DNA of 23,272 nucleotides, taken from Selaginella moellendorffii (Eukaryota; Plantae; Lycopodiophyta). The number at the start of each line of letters is the position of its first letter. The stretch's first letter is position 1. Position numbers and translations under genes: made by a program. Shown piece by piece: positions 1 through 12,700 of this stretch. The stretch lies in assembly GCF_000143415.4 (NCBI RefSeq), contig NW_003314451.1, positions 1 to 23,272 of the forward strand, read 5' to 3'. The notes beneath the pieces are model-generated. The model saw only the letters and a program-made list of their open reading frames with translations. It did not search any database and was not told where the DNA came from.

Positions 1-129
1 ATGATTACTTACATAACAAAGCTAAATCAATGGTGCTTGACATACACCCCAGGATCTTCATCTTGCTCCATGATCTCAAGTACAACATTTGGAAGCTTGC
101 ATGTGAGGAAACCCTGGATAACCACAGCG

Positions 130-720
130 AAATCTTCCAAGAACTTGATAAGTCTTCAAGAGTATCAACGATTGCCTTACAAGTCTCATTCCTACTCACA
201 GTACTTTCGCTGATTCTGTAGAGCTCTAAGAGTGTGATATACTTCTGCTCCGTTTCATAGCTTGTACAAAGTACAAGCAACCCAGATTTGCACCAAAACT
301 GCTCTACGATAGCTGGTATCTTGCTTTCGAATGTGATGGTGTAGGAGATGCACAATACTATTAAATGTTGTCTTTCATGGGCTTGATATCTAGCCTGAAT
401 AAAGAACTTGCTCTAGCTCGTCAAACATTTCTTGCATGATCCTCATTTGTAGTTTCTCTGGGATCAAAGCTTGCTTCCCAGCCTCATCAAGGTTGCACAT
501 CAGTTACTCTTGTTATATTTTTCTACTCTACTGTTGAGAAGCTTCACTAAGATGCACTCCCACTTCTTGGCTATCGACACCATCTTTTCTCGTTGATCTA
601 TGTTCATTAACTCATCTTTAGTCTCATGGAGCTTCACATTGATGAGGAGCATAATTTCTACAAGAGACCAATTTGGCATGTGATCTCTTGGTAGTAAAGT
701 TCTTGCTTTTGTTAGTGACG
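130..720 (-). pseudogene. Degenerate Myb/SANT-like (trihelix or PIF/Harbinger ORF1-type) coding relic
   Basis: ORF 500..805 contains PNWSLVEIMLLINVK...KKWECILVKLL, which has trihelix-like W...LI...KW..I spacing. Downstream fragments read MFDELEQ and ETCKAIVDTLEDL (coiled-coil-like tail). It is broken by stops and frameshifts, and the boundaries are approximate. Confidence 0.35.
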
Positions 721-1196
721 GCCTTAGCAGTAGCAACATGAAGAGATGGCCCAGACCCGTCAGCAGTAAAAGCAACCTCAGTAGCAACAAGAAAATTTCT
801 TCCATTGAAAGCTTTTCTATTACTTTGAAAGTTCTAAAAATGCTTGTTTACCTCTAAAGTTCTTTTTATGTATGTTGCTCCTCATAAAAGATCCTTGGCA
901 AGCACAAGAACTGATAGTGCTAGAACTTCCAAGGAATGGAGGATGTGTTCTTCCATAACAAAGCAAAAATTCACACTTTAAGTGGAAAAATTGATAAATC
1001 ACTTTTTTACATAGAATTCTTGCTCGTATAGTTGTTCCCAACTTCTGGCAACAAATTGACGCGCTCCCAATTTCCCACTACAAAGCAATTCAATCAATCC
1101 ACACTAAGAACCAAAATTTGTACTAAGAGCTAACATATCTTAAATCAATTAATCTGATCTGACCAGCAATTGCTGAGCAGAGTAAATAGCTAATAT

Positions 1197-1232
1197 TAGC
1201 ATTGTCGATAGCTAATGCTATCGACAATGCTA
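1197..1232. repeat. Perfect 16-bp inverted repeat (hairpin) with 4-nt loop
   Basis: TAGCATTGTCGATAGC-taat-GCTATCGACAATGCTA. Confidence 0.95.
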
Positions 1233-1430
1233 CGTTGCCAATGCCATTCGCAAATTGCTAAGACCGTATGCAGAAGGGCTCACTATTGGCACCATTGCTA
1301 CTAATGGTAAATGGTATGAATTAAGTTTTTATTAATGACATATTTTATTTATAATTTGAAGAGCAAAAGGGATCATGGGATCAAAGTTGATGACTTAACT
1401 AGGAGTTAATGACTGTTATTTATTCAGACT

Positions 1431-1723
1431 TTCTATGAGAAAGAGAAAGAGTGAGCCATATAAATTGTTGAAAATTGATATTTTACTAGTTCTTATGTTT
1501 ATATATAGATCTGGAAATATTGAGAATCCAAAAGCACCCACTTTCCTATTTTAATAACCAACTTATGATTTGGGGGATCAAAGAGTTATTAAAATAGGAA
1601 AGTATAAATTATTTTCCCTTTTATAAGTGCTTTTGGATTCCAGACACATATATAAACATAAGAACTAATAAAATATCATTTTTTAGCAATTTAGATGGCT
1701 CACTCTTTCTCTTTCTCAAAGAA
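1431..1723. repeat. ~290-bp AT-rich fold-back (long inverted repeat), MITE-like
   Basis: The left arm TGAGAAAGAGAAAGAGTGAGCCATATAAATTG...GTTCTTATGTTTATATAT...GAATCCAAAAGCAC pairs with the right arm GTGCTTTTGGATTC...ATATATAAACATAAGAAC...ATGGCTCACTCTTTCTCTTTCTCA. There is an inner perfect 19-bp pair ACTTTCCTATTTTAATAAC / GTTATTAAAATAGGAAAGT. No TSD was identified with confidence. Confidence 0.85.
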
Positions 1724-3039
1724 GAACATGTATCTCACATATTAGTAGGAGGAAGCAAATATCACTAAAACACATCCATTATATTACTTACAAGAGTAAT
1801 TTCAATATTATACAACTTTTCTAAGTGAAAAAAGTTGAGGTAAAGGCCTTTGAGGTAGAAGTAGAGGTTGTTTTCAAGTGGATGATGTTAGGTCATAGTA
1901 AATACATCATGAGTTTATAAAGTTCTTAGATCAATTTTCACTTTTCTTGCAAGTTTGAGTGCAAAAAGCTTGCTTAGTATCCTAACCAATTTGATGGGGG
2001 AAGCTGAAAAATTCATGTAAGTGTTGATATTTCTCAATAATGAATATTGGGTAAATTAGTGGAGATGAAACTTTAACTTGTGCATTTTCATCTAGCTAGC
2101 ATAAGTAAATCTTTGGAACATATCCCATTCTCATAGCGGAAAACTTATAAACAAAAGTCTATATGTAAAAGCTTTTTATATGTAACTCTTTTTCCTTTGT
2201 ATGTTAGGCACATTCTGTGAAATATAAGTATTATTCTTGCATTCAATATAGACTTGCAATAAGAACACTACATTAGATTGATGGCTAGGGCTGTTTGTTT
2301 TTTCTTGCTTGGGTGTGTTGTCATCCATATATAGTGCTATTAGCAAGTAGCAACAAATGCCTTCAAAGGGTAAAACTATAATTTATATATTATGTCAGAA
2401 AGGTTTTCATTAATGAAAAGTATCATTCCATGCAAAAGTTACAATCAATGCCAAAAATAAATAAACTCCTCCCCAAGTTATGTGATATGTAATGTTATAA
2501 AACTATATGGAGCATCGACTCACAAAAAAAGTTATAACTCTGAAAATAAGCAAATAAAATACTTATAGCTAAGGTTCTTCTCAAAATGTGAGATGTGAAG
2601 TTATTCACCATTGCTATGCACACAGCTTCACTTTACATATTGCCATTAGTTGCTTAAGCTTATATTTCTCAACATAATTTAGAGGAGGAGGAGGTGATGA
2701 CTTGCATTTGGAGATTTTAATCTCTAAGCCTTGCATTGAGATAATGAGTTTATCCTTAAATTTTAAAAACATAGGAAATTAATTTTATATATAAGTTGTA
2801 GCATAATGTTTCATAAGTCTATTTCTAACACTCTTATGAGCCTTATATTGTGTAACCTAAATATCATTATAAAGTTCCTTAAACACTTTTATGAGTTTAG
2901 AGCTTCTACCTTCACCATCAAAGCCTTCACCTCCATCTACACCATGTAATGTGGAGTATCCACCATAGCCTTGACCAATTGGAGCCTTCATGATGTTACA
3001 TAGAATTTGCTCATTTGTGAATTTGCATCACACTTGAAG

Positions 3040-3290
3040 CTCTTCATTCACCATTTTATTCCTAATCTCCTTGTGTTGCACTTCCTCACATAGAGGCACC
3101 TCCTCACATGGAAGCACATCGTCCACCTCCTTAGTTTTGTCTTTCCTCACATAAGTCACATTTTCCATTTCCTTATATTGCACTTTTTCCTCCATCTCCT
3201 CATATTGCATATAGAAGCATCTCCTCTGCCTCCTCATATGAAGGCACCTTCTCTATTTTCGTGTGTTGCACCTCCTCATATGGAGGGAGC
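3040..3290. repeat. Degenerate short tandem repeats (CACCTCCTCA(C/T)AT units)
   Basis: Recurring GTGTTGCAC(T/C)TCCTCA(C/T)AT and GGCACCTCCTCACAT; on the minus strand these read as EEVPLCEEVQHKE-like repeats. Confidence 0.55.
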
Positions 3291-3424
3291 TCTGAATCCT
3301 TTAGCATCTAGGAGTTCTAGATTTTCCAGCACTTCATGAGTGTAGCGCACGTGGTTTTGACCCTTTATCCTATGGTGATTTACCATAGGATAACACCACA
3401 AAGCGGAACCTAAACCCTCTTTGT

Positions 3425-3475
3425 GCCACGTGACAGATGCCACGTGTCACATGCCACGTGTCCATGCCACGTGTC
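3425..3475. promoter_or_regulatory. Cluster of four GCCACGTG G-box/ABRE-like motifs in the LTR
   Basis: CACGTG at 3427, 3441, 3455 and 3468 (spacing 14, 14, 13), plus one at 3348. The motif identity is clear; function is untested. Confidence 0.55.
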
Positions 3476-4223
3476 TATAGAAACCCGAGGTTCAGGGCCT
3501 TGGGCCACTGAACGAAGGAACGGTGCCAAACTCCCAAGCGTGGAGCCAAGGAGTGATGGAACCGGACCACGGAGCAACTCCCGAGCATACAGCCCAAGGA
3601 GCGAAGGGACAGGAGCCCGGAGCGACTTGGAACAGTCCTAGAGCAACCAGCATCCCAATGCCAGGACCAGCACGCAAAACGGAGCCAAACAGAGTCTGGC
3701 GCTATTTCGGCATACCGGTGGCCTAACGCGAGGATATGGGTACTCCACCAACTAGCATGGAATGGAACTTGGGCTTAGACCCAAGCCGGACGCAGAACAA
3801 GGACAGGCACGCAAGCGGGAGCTAGACTATGCCTCAGGTTGGTCGGCCATGCCCGACCTACCCACTATCCCTACTATACATTTGGAACCCCCCACAGCCC
3901 CCCCCCCTTGAGGAACACACGCTTTGGGCTTTCACCCCAAGCCTCCCTTAGTATCAGGAGTTAGTCTCTGGGACAAACTCGAAACTTACTAAATATGGAA
4001 TGTCCTTAGATTGCGAATTTGGACACGGGACAAACACCATTGTGTTCAGGCCGATCTCTACATTCTGTAGATATGCCAAATGAGCAAATCTGGACACTTT
4101 CCATAAATAGCATTTGGGACCGAAATGAGACTAACACAAAGGGCATGATAGCAAGGGTGTTTGGCAGACACGGTAAGCTATCATCTAGCGATGTTGAGGG
4201 ACCAATCTCAATATCGCGGGGGT

Positions 4224-4497
4224 TCTTGATACTAGCAAGTGCAAGCCAATGACACAAGTTTCTCAAACCAGGCCGAGTATGCTCAGCAAGAAACACATAG
4301 GGTTCCTACCTTATGTTTATCCAATCTAAGTGCATGTTCATTGACCAGTTTCTCAACTAGTCTTGATACTAGCAAGTGCAAGCCAATGACACAAGTTTCT
4401 CAAACCAGGCCGAGTATGCTCAGCAAGAAACACATAGGGTTCCTACCTTATGTTTATCCAATCTAAGTGCATGTTCATTGACCAGTTTCTCAACTAG
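4224..4497. repeat. 137-bp tandem duplication within the 3' LTR only
   Basis: TCTTGATACTAGCAAG...TCTCAACTAG at 4224-4360 and again at 4361-4497. It is single-copy in the other LTR and accounts exactly for 1281 vs 1144 bp. Confidence 0.95.
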
Positions 4498-4621
4498 TTC
4501 AAGTGGGAACTGATAACGGGTCCAGCAATACCGACCTCCTGCCATCGTGGCAGTAAGGTAAGAGTGTCCGTAAGGACTGGCCGACAGGTAACTTTCGATA
4601 CCTGAAGTCACATTCGCGACA

Positions 4622-4634
4622 CTCTCCCCCCCTT
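4622..4634 (-). other. Polypurine tract of element 1
   Basis: Minus strand AAGGGGGGGAGAG lies directly before the TGTCGCG start of the 3' LTR. Confidence 0.9.
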
Positions 4635-7600
4635 GGGAAGATCGACGTCCTCGTCGATGCATACTCGAGTCTAGAATACCGCCAAGGAAACAACTCCATA
4701 AAAAGTTCACGGTACTCACACTATGTGAGAAATGCACCAACTTAAATGAGTTAGGGGGAACCTCTTTGTCTAACGCGGATGCGCTACCAGCTCAGACACC
4801 TTCCGGCCGTCGCCGACAAGGAAATGACCAATGGAGTCAGCCACCCCTGCTGCTCTGGGAGTCACCCAGCTTACAAAAGTGTGATATGCCCCTGCCCGCA
4901 AGGACATAGAGAGAGAAGCCAGAGGCCCCAACCCTCCTAAGCAAAGAAACCAAACCCGTCGGTAAGGTTTAGATAGACTACTGTAAACAGGCAGTTAGAG
5001 TTGTTTACACGGTCACGCCCTTTTAACGGAACGAGGAACATCGACAAAGAGGCGGGTTATGTGACCAGTCGACAGTAGCTACCCCATGACTAGAGATTTC
5101 AACATGCACACGAAGTGCCGAAGCCAGTCTGCCTATACTGGCCCAAACTCAAAGATCAATATATATGGACTATATCAAAGTCATAAACAATGATATCTTA
5201 GAGATTGAATTATCAGTGAATAAAGCTTTAAATTAGAACACAAAAGTATTCCAAGTAAGTTATCATCCAATAAACTAGTATTATAGTGCAAGAACCACCA
5301 AGATCAGCATAATTGGTAAACATAGGAATCACCATCCAACAAAATTCAATAGCAAGTAGATCATCAAGGAAACTCAATGATAAAGTTTAACTATTAAAGA
5401 TTGCAGACAGAATGCTAAACAACTTACGAAAGATAACTCAAAGAACACAAAGTATCATTGATTGACAAGCAAAATGCTCGCGAATGTATCACCCAAAGGA
5501 AATAACATCCAAATCTATCAAAACTAACTCAAGCAATAATCAACAGAACAAAATGAATGTTGCAAAGCAAACAAATATAGTGTTCATGCCAATCATCGCA
5601 CTAGCCAATCCAGATAGATCCCAGCCAATAACACCAAGGAACTCAAGTTGCCTAAGCAAGTGTTAGCAACATCCTACTGATGTCTCAAACCCAAGAGACC
5701 AATCCAGAGCAAACCACAAAGAACATGTGGTATTGCGAAAAGCCAAAAGCCATCAAAGAGAACAACTAACTATCATGAAAGATCGTCAATCAGCCCATCA
5801 ATGTAGTGATGTATAATCATCGTTGAAGAAAGAATCTACCATCCCGAAGAATAGCAAATAATTCCAAACCAACAATAATCAAGCAAAACTTGTGATAAGG
5901 ATAATCAACTACCCTAGATGATAGTCAATCATCACCAATGATTGCCAGATGCAAAAACCAACTTCAACATCGAAGCTAATGAGCCAAAATGCCTTCCCCA
6001 ACAACTTCTAACAAATGGAACAATGAGCACAAAACTCAAGAACCAAAAGCTCGAAGAAGCCTATAACTAAGTCTTGCCTAATAATGATCACGAGTTTCAT
6101 AGAAGCTAACTTCAATGTTAAAGAAGAAATCATGGTGCAACCCACAATATCTTCCTCAACACATCCATAAGCCAAACTTCATAATGCCAAAGCTAATGAA
6201 AAGCATTTTTGCATCAATCCAAAAGCTAAGCATAACGAAGCTATGCTTAACAAGTGATCATCAAACGATCCTCCATGAATCCATCTATAGCAAGACGTAA
6301 CTCACTTCATAACAAGCTCAAAAAGAATCATTAATGATTGCTATATTCCGAACTCAAATCCAGCAAGGACTCAACATTCTAATATCGATCACTAACTCTT
6401 CTTCTCGTAGAGTTAGCATAGTCCACGACTAAATCACTTTTCAAGGAAAAGCTAAAGCTCAACCCTCTACTAAATAATCTCGTCTAGAACACAACTAACT
6501 CAACTTGCCACTCAGTTCGTTTGAACGTCAACACAGTTGCTAACTAGCAAATGCACGAATGCCAACAACACAAAGCTATAGCCAAATCATCAACACTATA
6601 TTCATCAAGACTAATGAAACTCAATATCAATCCTAGGAAGGATATCTCATTTCACTCAGATCTCAATATCAACAATGTCAATGACAAGGCATCACCTCAA
6701 TTCTATCAACATCAGAACAAAGCTAAAAGAAAGCAAGAGTGAATCACCACTCAAAACTCTCTTGCAACCAAGCTAACCAAAGTCGAAGATACTTTAGTCA
6801 GTATCCGAGACTAGTTCTTCAACATTACTCAGGTACAGATAACACTTCCTCAAGGAGTGCATCACCACATCCAAGACTCAATGAAATCCAACACTACGGA
6901 CTAAATGTAACCAAATGATATCGACAGAGGTAGAGTCGACATGTCAACATGGAAAACCCATGTATGTCTAACGACACGATCCTCCGCAACACTATTCGGT
7001 AAAGCAAGCCCACCACTGCTAAATCATCATCGAGCAAAGCAAGTGTCAACGGTCCTTGATGAAGTCTACAAGTAATCACTAGTCGCAAAGCAACTAACAA
7101 TCACTCCTCAACTTGCGTTCACAAGACTCGAACACCAACTCTTGTCATCAAGTTATATACTTATCTAGCATAAACATAATACCTCAAACATGAGATAAAA
7201 GTTCATGGACAAGCACAAACTAAATGACCACTCGAATCCAACTCAACCGTAATAAGCTCACTAAAACATTTAGCCACTAGCTCTGAGCATGCCTTGAAGA
7301 GGCTAGCTATGCATGATCAACACTCAGTCGAAACTAAAGTGAAGACCATGAGATGAACTCACATCGGTACACAACCTCCTCATAGACAAAGCTATAGTAC
7401 GGGTACCAACATCTCAACCTCTAACAACTAAGTTGGACATCACCATCCTTAGCCAAGGTGCAAGGCTGCCAAGACTAAATCAAGATCAGTGAGAGCTCAC
7501 TACTCTCATAGAGTCTTAGCGAAATGCAAGGTGCAACCTGCCACCGAGCATAATGCTACAAAAGAAAGGCATAAGAGTCACCTTTCTTAGAAAAGTGCAG

Positions 7601-9607
7601 CGGCCACTTTTCTACACCAACTCCAGACTCTATCCAACTCAATTGCTTTAGCCCCAAAAGTTAGCATCCCTTTCGGGTCACATCATACAAACTACCTACT
7701 AAGATCTAAGCCAACCGAAGTCAACTCCAACCCCTTCACTAGTTTGTACTGGCTTTCGAAAATGGAATGGTTTTCAAGCAAAGTGATCAATAGATCAGCC
7801 ATTGGAAAAGTCTAAGAAAATTTGTGGAAAATTTTCCATCCTAGAGAAAGAATGACTCTCAGTCCAGGAATGCAAACTTTCAGGACTCAACCAACTTCCT
7901 CCTACCAACAACTTCACATAGATTCACCTCAACACAAATTCTCATGACCCAATAGCATGCTTAAGCATCGAACATCTTTGCCCATTTTCCTGACATCCAA
8001 CTCCGACATCCGCAAAGTGCAAAATGAACATCCAAGGCTTGATCACGAAGACCACATCTTCGGATATCCACATTGCACTAACACTCTTCTTCAATCATCT
8101 TCAAGATCCAATGTGAAGCCAAAACACTAACAAGAAAAATGACATGGAAAAATCAAGGTCCAAGGAAAATTCCTCATCACTTGAAATAACAATGCCACTT
8201 CCACTAACACAAGTGCTAGTGACGTCAATGCCCCAACTCCACATCTTCTCCATCCAACAATCTACTCCAAGTGCTAACGGATCAACCGACAAGCTATAGC
8301 AAATGAATGCTACAACCCTTTTCCAACACCTTAGTGGGCAAACTTAAGGAAACAAGGAACCAACTTAAGCTTAGCATAATGGACCACCATTGAGAATCCA
8401 GTCAAAGCTACTACAATGCTACTTCGTGTAAGTAGACTAGCTTGTCCATCAACCACTTTGGGGTTGATCATCATTTACCCAAGCAACTTCGTAAACGCAT
8501 TACTCTTTATCACATGGATATGATATAAGCATCACAATGACTTGATCATCAATTGAGCAACACCACGAGCAATGCCAATGTCATTACTACAAATGTTTAT
8601 GTGAGTATCAAGTGTCAACTCGATTCGACCAAATGCAACATAAATGCCACACTCCACCAATAGAGGTTTACGACACCCAACACCACTAACTTTTGTTCAC
8701 AACACGGACAAGCTCATGCCACTCTCTTTCCGACCAAACTCAACACTAATCCAACACCAAGCTACTCAAGGAGCAATAGCAAGGTTCCCCGGAAAAGAAT
8801 TGAGCATTGCAACCCAAGTCTTTCAATAGCGAGCCTAGACAAAATGGTTTAGTGTTTCACCACTATCCATCCCATAACTCACCACTTGTAAGACCATCAC
8901 TTCCAACATGCATCAAGGTAGGGACTCTTGATTGCATAATGTGAACACAAGCAATGAGTTAACACCTCATTGCAAATCATCTCTCCAAGAAGAGAAAATG
9001 ATTTACGTATTTGATCCTCCGTCCTCGATGACTCTCTTTTCGGTCTCATCTTTGACCAAACCTCAAGCTTGCTTTCGCACTGCCTTCAGTTCAATCGAAG
9101 AAAAGTTTATGAGAGAGCACGGCAATGATTACTTGAACCAATAGACTATTCCCTACAGTCTTGACTGATCCAATTATAATCATGCCTAGGAAGGATCCAC
9201 TAGTGCCGTGCTAAACAGCTATGGACCAGCCTATTTGCCACTCATAGCAAACTCAGGGAAAGTTTACTTTCACCCACGGTACATGGAACAACTCATGGAA
9301 CCACTGGAACCATCGATAGGCTTACATTAATCCTGCCAACTTAAAGTGTAACCTCAAGTTGCTAATGCGCCTCACTCACGAGCCCAAGCTCAAACTCGTG
9401 CAAATGGAACATCTCCAATCCATCCTATGAGCCCAAGCGCAAGCTCACATCATAAGGTACAACAAGGTAACCCAAAACCTATCCCAAGGAACCAATGCGA
9501 AGTCTTTGCACCAAAACGTGTACCCACTCGGATCATCGTTTTCATCTCTGCGTATGCAACGAGACTAGTTGCCCAATCTCATTGAATAGTACTCGCTGAG
9601 ACTCATC

Positions 9608-9618
9608 CTCTGATACCA
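9608..9618 (-). other. Primer-binding site (tRNA-iMet) of element 1
   Basis: Minus strand TGGTATCAGAG, 2 nt after the CA end of the 5' LTR. Confidence 0.92.
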
Positions 9619-9620
9619 AA

Positions 9621-10764
9621 TGTAGCGCACGTGGTTTTGACCCTTTATCCTATGGTGATTTACCATAGGATAACACCACAAAGCGGAACCTAAACCCTCT
9701 TTGTGCCACGTGACAGATGCCACGTGTCACATGCCACGTGTCCATGCCACGTGTCCATAGAAACCCGAGGTTCAGGGCCTTGGGCCACTGAACGAAGGAA
9801 CGGTGCCAAACTCCCAAGCGTGGAGCCAAGGAGTGATGGAACCGGACCACGGAGCAACTCCCGAGCATACAGCCCAAGGAGCGAAGGGACAGGAGCCCGG
9901 AGCGACTTGGAACAGTCCTAGAGCAACCAGCATCCCAATGCCAGGACCAGCACGCAAAACGGAGCCAAACAGAGTCTGGCGCTATTTCGGCATACCGGTG
10001 GCCTAACGCGAGGATATGGGTACTCCACCAACTAGCATGGAATGGAACTTGGGCTTAGACCCAAGCCGGACGCAGAACAAGGACAGGCACGCAAGCGGGA
10101 GCTAGACTATGCCTCAGGTTGGTCGGCCATGCCCGACCTACCCACTATCCCTACTATACATTTGGAACCCCCCACAGCCCCCCCCCCTTGAGGAACACAC
10201 GCTTTGGGCTTTCACCCCAAGCCTCCCTTAGTATCAGGAGTTAGTCTCTGGGACAAACTCGAAACTTACTAAATATGGAATGTCCTTAGATTGCGAATTT
10301 GGACACGGGACAAACACCATTGTGTTCAGGCCGATCTCTACATTCTGTAGATATGCCAAATGAGCAAATCTGGACACTTTCCATAAATAGCATTTGGGAC
10401 CGAAATGAGACTAACACAAAGGGCATGATAGCAAGGGTGTTTGGCAGACACGGTAAGCTATCATCTAGCGATGTTGAGGGACCAATCTCAATATCGCGGG
10501 GGTTCTTGATACTAGCAAGTGCAAGCCAATGACACAAGTTTCTCAAACCAGGCCGAGTATGCTCAGCAAGAAACACATAGGGTTCCTACCTTATGTTTAT
10601 CCAATCTAAGTGCATGTTCATTGACCAGTTTCTCAACTAGTTCAAGTGGGAACTGATAACGGGTCCAGCAATACCGACCTCCTGCCATCGTGGCAGTAAG
10701 GTAAGAGTGTCCGTAAGGACTGGCCGACAGGTAACTTTCGATACCTGAAGTCACATTCGCGACA
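9621..10764 (-). repeat. 5' LTR of element 1 (1144 bp)
   Basis: Near-identical to 3341-4621. It is adjacent to the PBS and followed by TSD ATGAG. It carries the same G-box cluster at 9705-9755. Confidence 0.95.
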
Positions 10765-12700
10765 ATGAGACTCAAGCTCTAAATCTTACTTTTCACGTCA
10801 TACAATATAAAATTGTGTTCTAGGCTCCATTGCCCCACTATATAAGTTCTAAAAGAGTTAGCAAACAAATTCTAACACATTGAATTGAATCCTTACATTT
10901 CAATGGCAATCATTACACCATTTGTAGTGATGAAAACTCTAACTAGTGCATGTTTTTAAAGTGTTGGTGCAATTTCTTTTAATATCTCCATTTCAATAGG
11001 ATCCTCCACCAGTGGTGTTTTTATGTGATTTGTAGTGGAGTTGATTCTTCCACAATTTGTAAAGGACCAAGATCTTGTTGAAAAAATGCATATGTTTTGT
11101 GGATCTGGGGAATAGAATATAATATGGTCCTCGATATTGAAGCCATATGTACATGAATAACATGCCCATTCTAAGCCTAAAAATTCACAATACCCACCTC
11201 AATAGAGCATGAATGTTTCTCTTAGGAAACAAAAATAATAACAAATGTGTCAATAGGTAGAAATTTATTATGCCACACACAAATTAGTATTCCCGTACAT
11301 GAATTAGAACCATGCATGGTTGATCTATAAATATTGCCTCTAAATCTCCATTTACACTTTGTATAAAACACAAGTTCATATTGTTTACTATATATTTTAA
11401 AGCTTATCAGCAAAAGACTAGCTTGAAAGTATGTTTGCGTGAGTGTGGTCATGTATATGTATAGGTTGAGCAAATTCAGCAAAGTGGAGGGCATCACCCA
11501 TATGCCCCCTTCCACGTCATATAAACACATGCATAATTGACACATAAAGAATCATTACAACCACTTGTGTATAACTATAACATTCCAATGCCCCACAATT
11601 ATGCTCACTGCAATGAGCATAAAACTTATACCAATGAAAAAAGCTAAATAAATGAAAAATTACCCCACACAATAACTATCTCTATGTATTGCAATATGCC
11701 CAAGAAAAGAAACAAAAAGCCTTGACCAACAATCTAATATAAACTCCAACCTTAAGTCCACAATCAATGCAAGAACAATGCCTATATCACGTGGGAATAG
11801 CACAATATGCCCAAAACACAAAGGAACGAGAGTTACAAGTATTTGCAATCTCACTTAACCTTGATCAATATATGCTAATCTTCAAGTGCCAACATCACTC
11901 CTAAATAGCACACATGAAAGAATGGAAGTCATAACTGCTTGCATACAAAGACCTCTCACCCAAACCCTAATCAATGCATGCTCCTACTCTTCATCACACC
12001 CACCAATATGTAAAATTTGCTTTTGAAGCATATCATGCCCACATCACACCTAAGATTGTGGGAAAGCTGTTGTTCTTGGCTGGATATAAAGGAAGTGCAA
12101 TACTAAAGGCAAAAAAAACTTCACTAGATTTTTTGTGATGTCTATGTGGCAGGTTTAAATGGCATACAAATCACATTTTAATCATATAAAATGATGTACT
12201 TTAAATTCTGTTGATTCCATATCATCATATTTTCTTGTAGTGTTAGTGATATAAAAAACATATTTAACTTTACTTTTACTACATAGGCCTTGCAAAACAC
12301 CTCTGATATCTTGGATCAAACTTCCATGCTTAGTCACCTAAAACAGTACTTTTAGAAGTTCAGACTCTTAAACAACTTTAAGTAGCCTTTTATGGTCTTA
12401 TTAAACGTATTATTCCCCAGGAGTAATGGATATTTCTGCACACCCACATTGGCAAGTTGCATCAAACACAATCACTTAGCAAGTTGGCCTCAAACACAAT
12501 CACGTTTCCCCAATAACTAGCACAACTCCACCAAAAAAATATCAATAGCATTACCCCTTGATCTTGCCACTATGGAGAACAAAACGTGCCATGATACTAG
12601 TTTATATTTTCGAAGCGCAACTACACATGAAATTCGAAAAGTCAACAATCATTTTCCAGGATATAGCTTTCTAACATCAATCGGCGCTGGTGGTGATTGC

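Larger units (their letters stand above)
3341..4621 (-). repeat. 3' LTR of element 1 (1281 bp)
   Basis: TGTAGCGCAC...TCGCGACA. It matches 9621-10764 at offset 6280, except for one substitution that I could see (3476 T vs 9756 C) and a 137-bp duplication. It abuts the PPT. Confidence 0.95.
3341..10764 (-). mobile_element. Complete non-autonomous LTR retrotransposon (probably Ty3/gypsy-derived, LARD-like), 7424 bp
   Basis: Two TG...CA LTRs. The 5-bp TSD ATGAG is at 3336-3340 and 10765-10769. A tRNA-iMet PBS and a PPT lie on the minus strand. The 5.0-kb interior has no ORF above ~70 aa. Confidence 0.95.

Noticed and set aside
1436-1460. miR156/529-like look of GAGAAAGAGAAAGAGTGAGC in the fold-back
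   Set aside because: Low-complexity purine run with several mismatches to the miR156 sequence I recall; the hairpin is more MITE-like.
1800-3000. Possible Ulp1/MULE-type relics in AT-rich flanks (also 10770-12100)
   Set aside because: Only vague motif echoes with no sustained frame; needs a translated HMM search.
3425-4497. CRISPR-like repeat array
   Set aside because: No repeat-spacer structure; eukaryotic LTR context.
3423-4740. Short ORFs duplicated at 3.4-4.7 kb and 9.6-10.8 kb
   Set aside because: They lie inside the LTRs; their identity reflects LTR duplication, with no protein motifs.
6025-6100. Copia-like RLSYRLLRAFGS on the minus strand of element 1
   Set aside because: An isolated short match. 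The PPT context and faint RT echoes point to gypsy, and the superfamily cannot be settled by eye.
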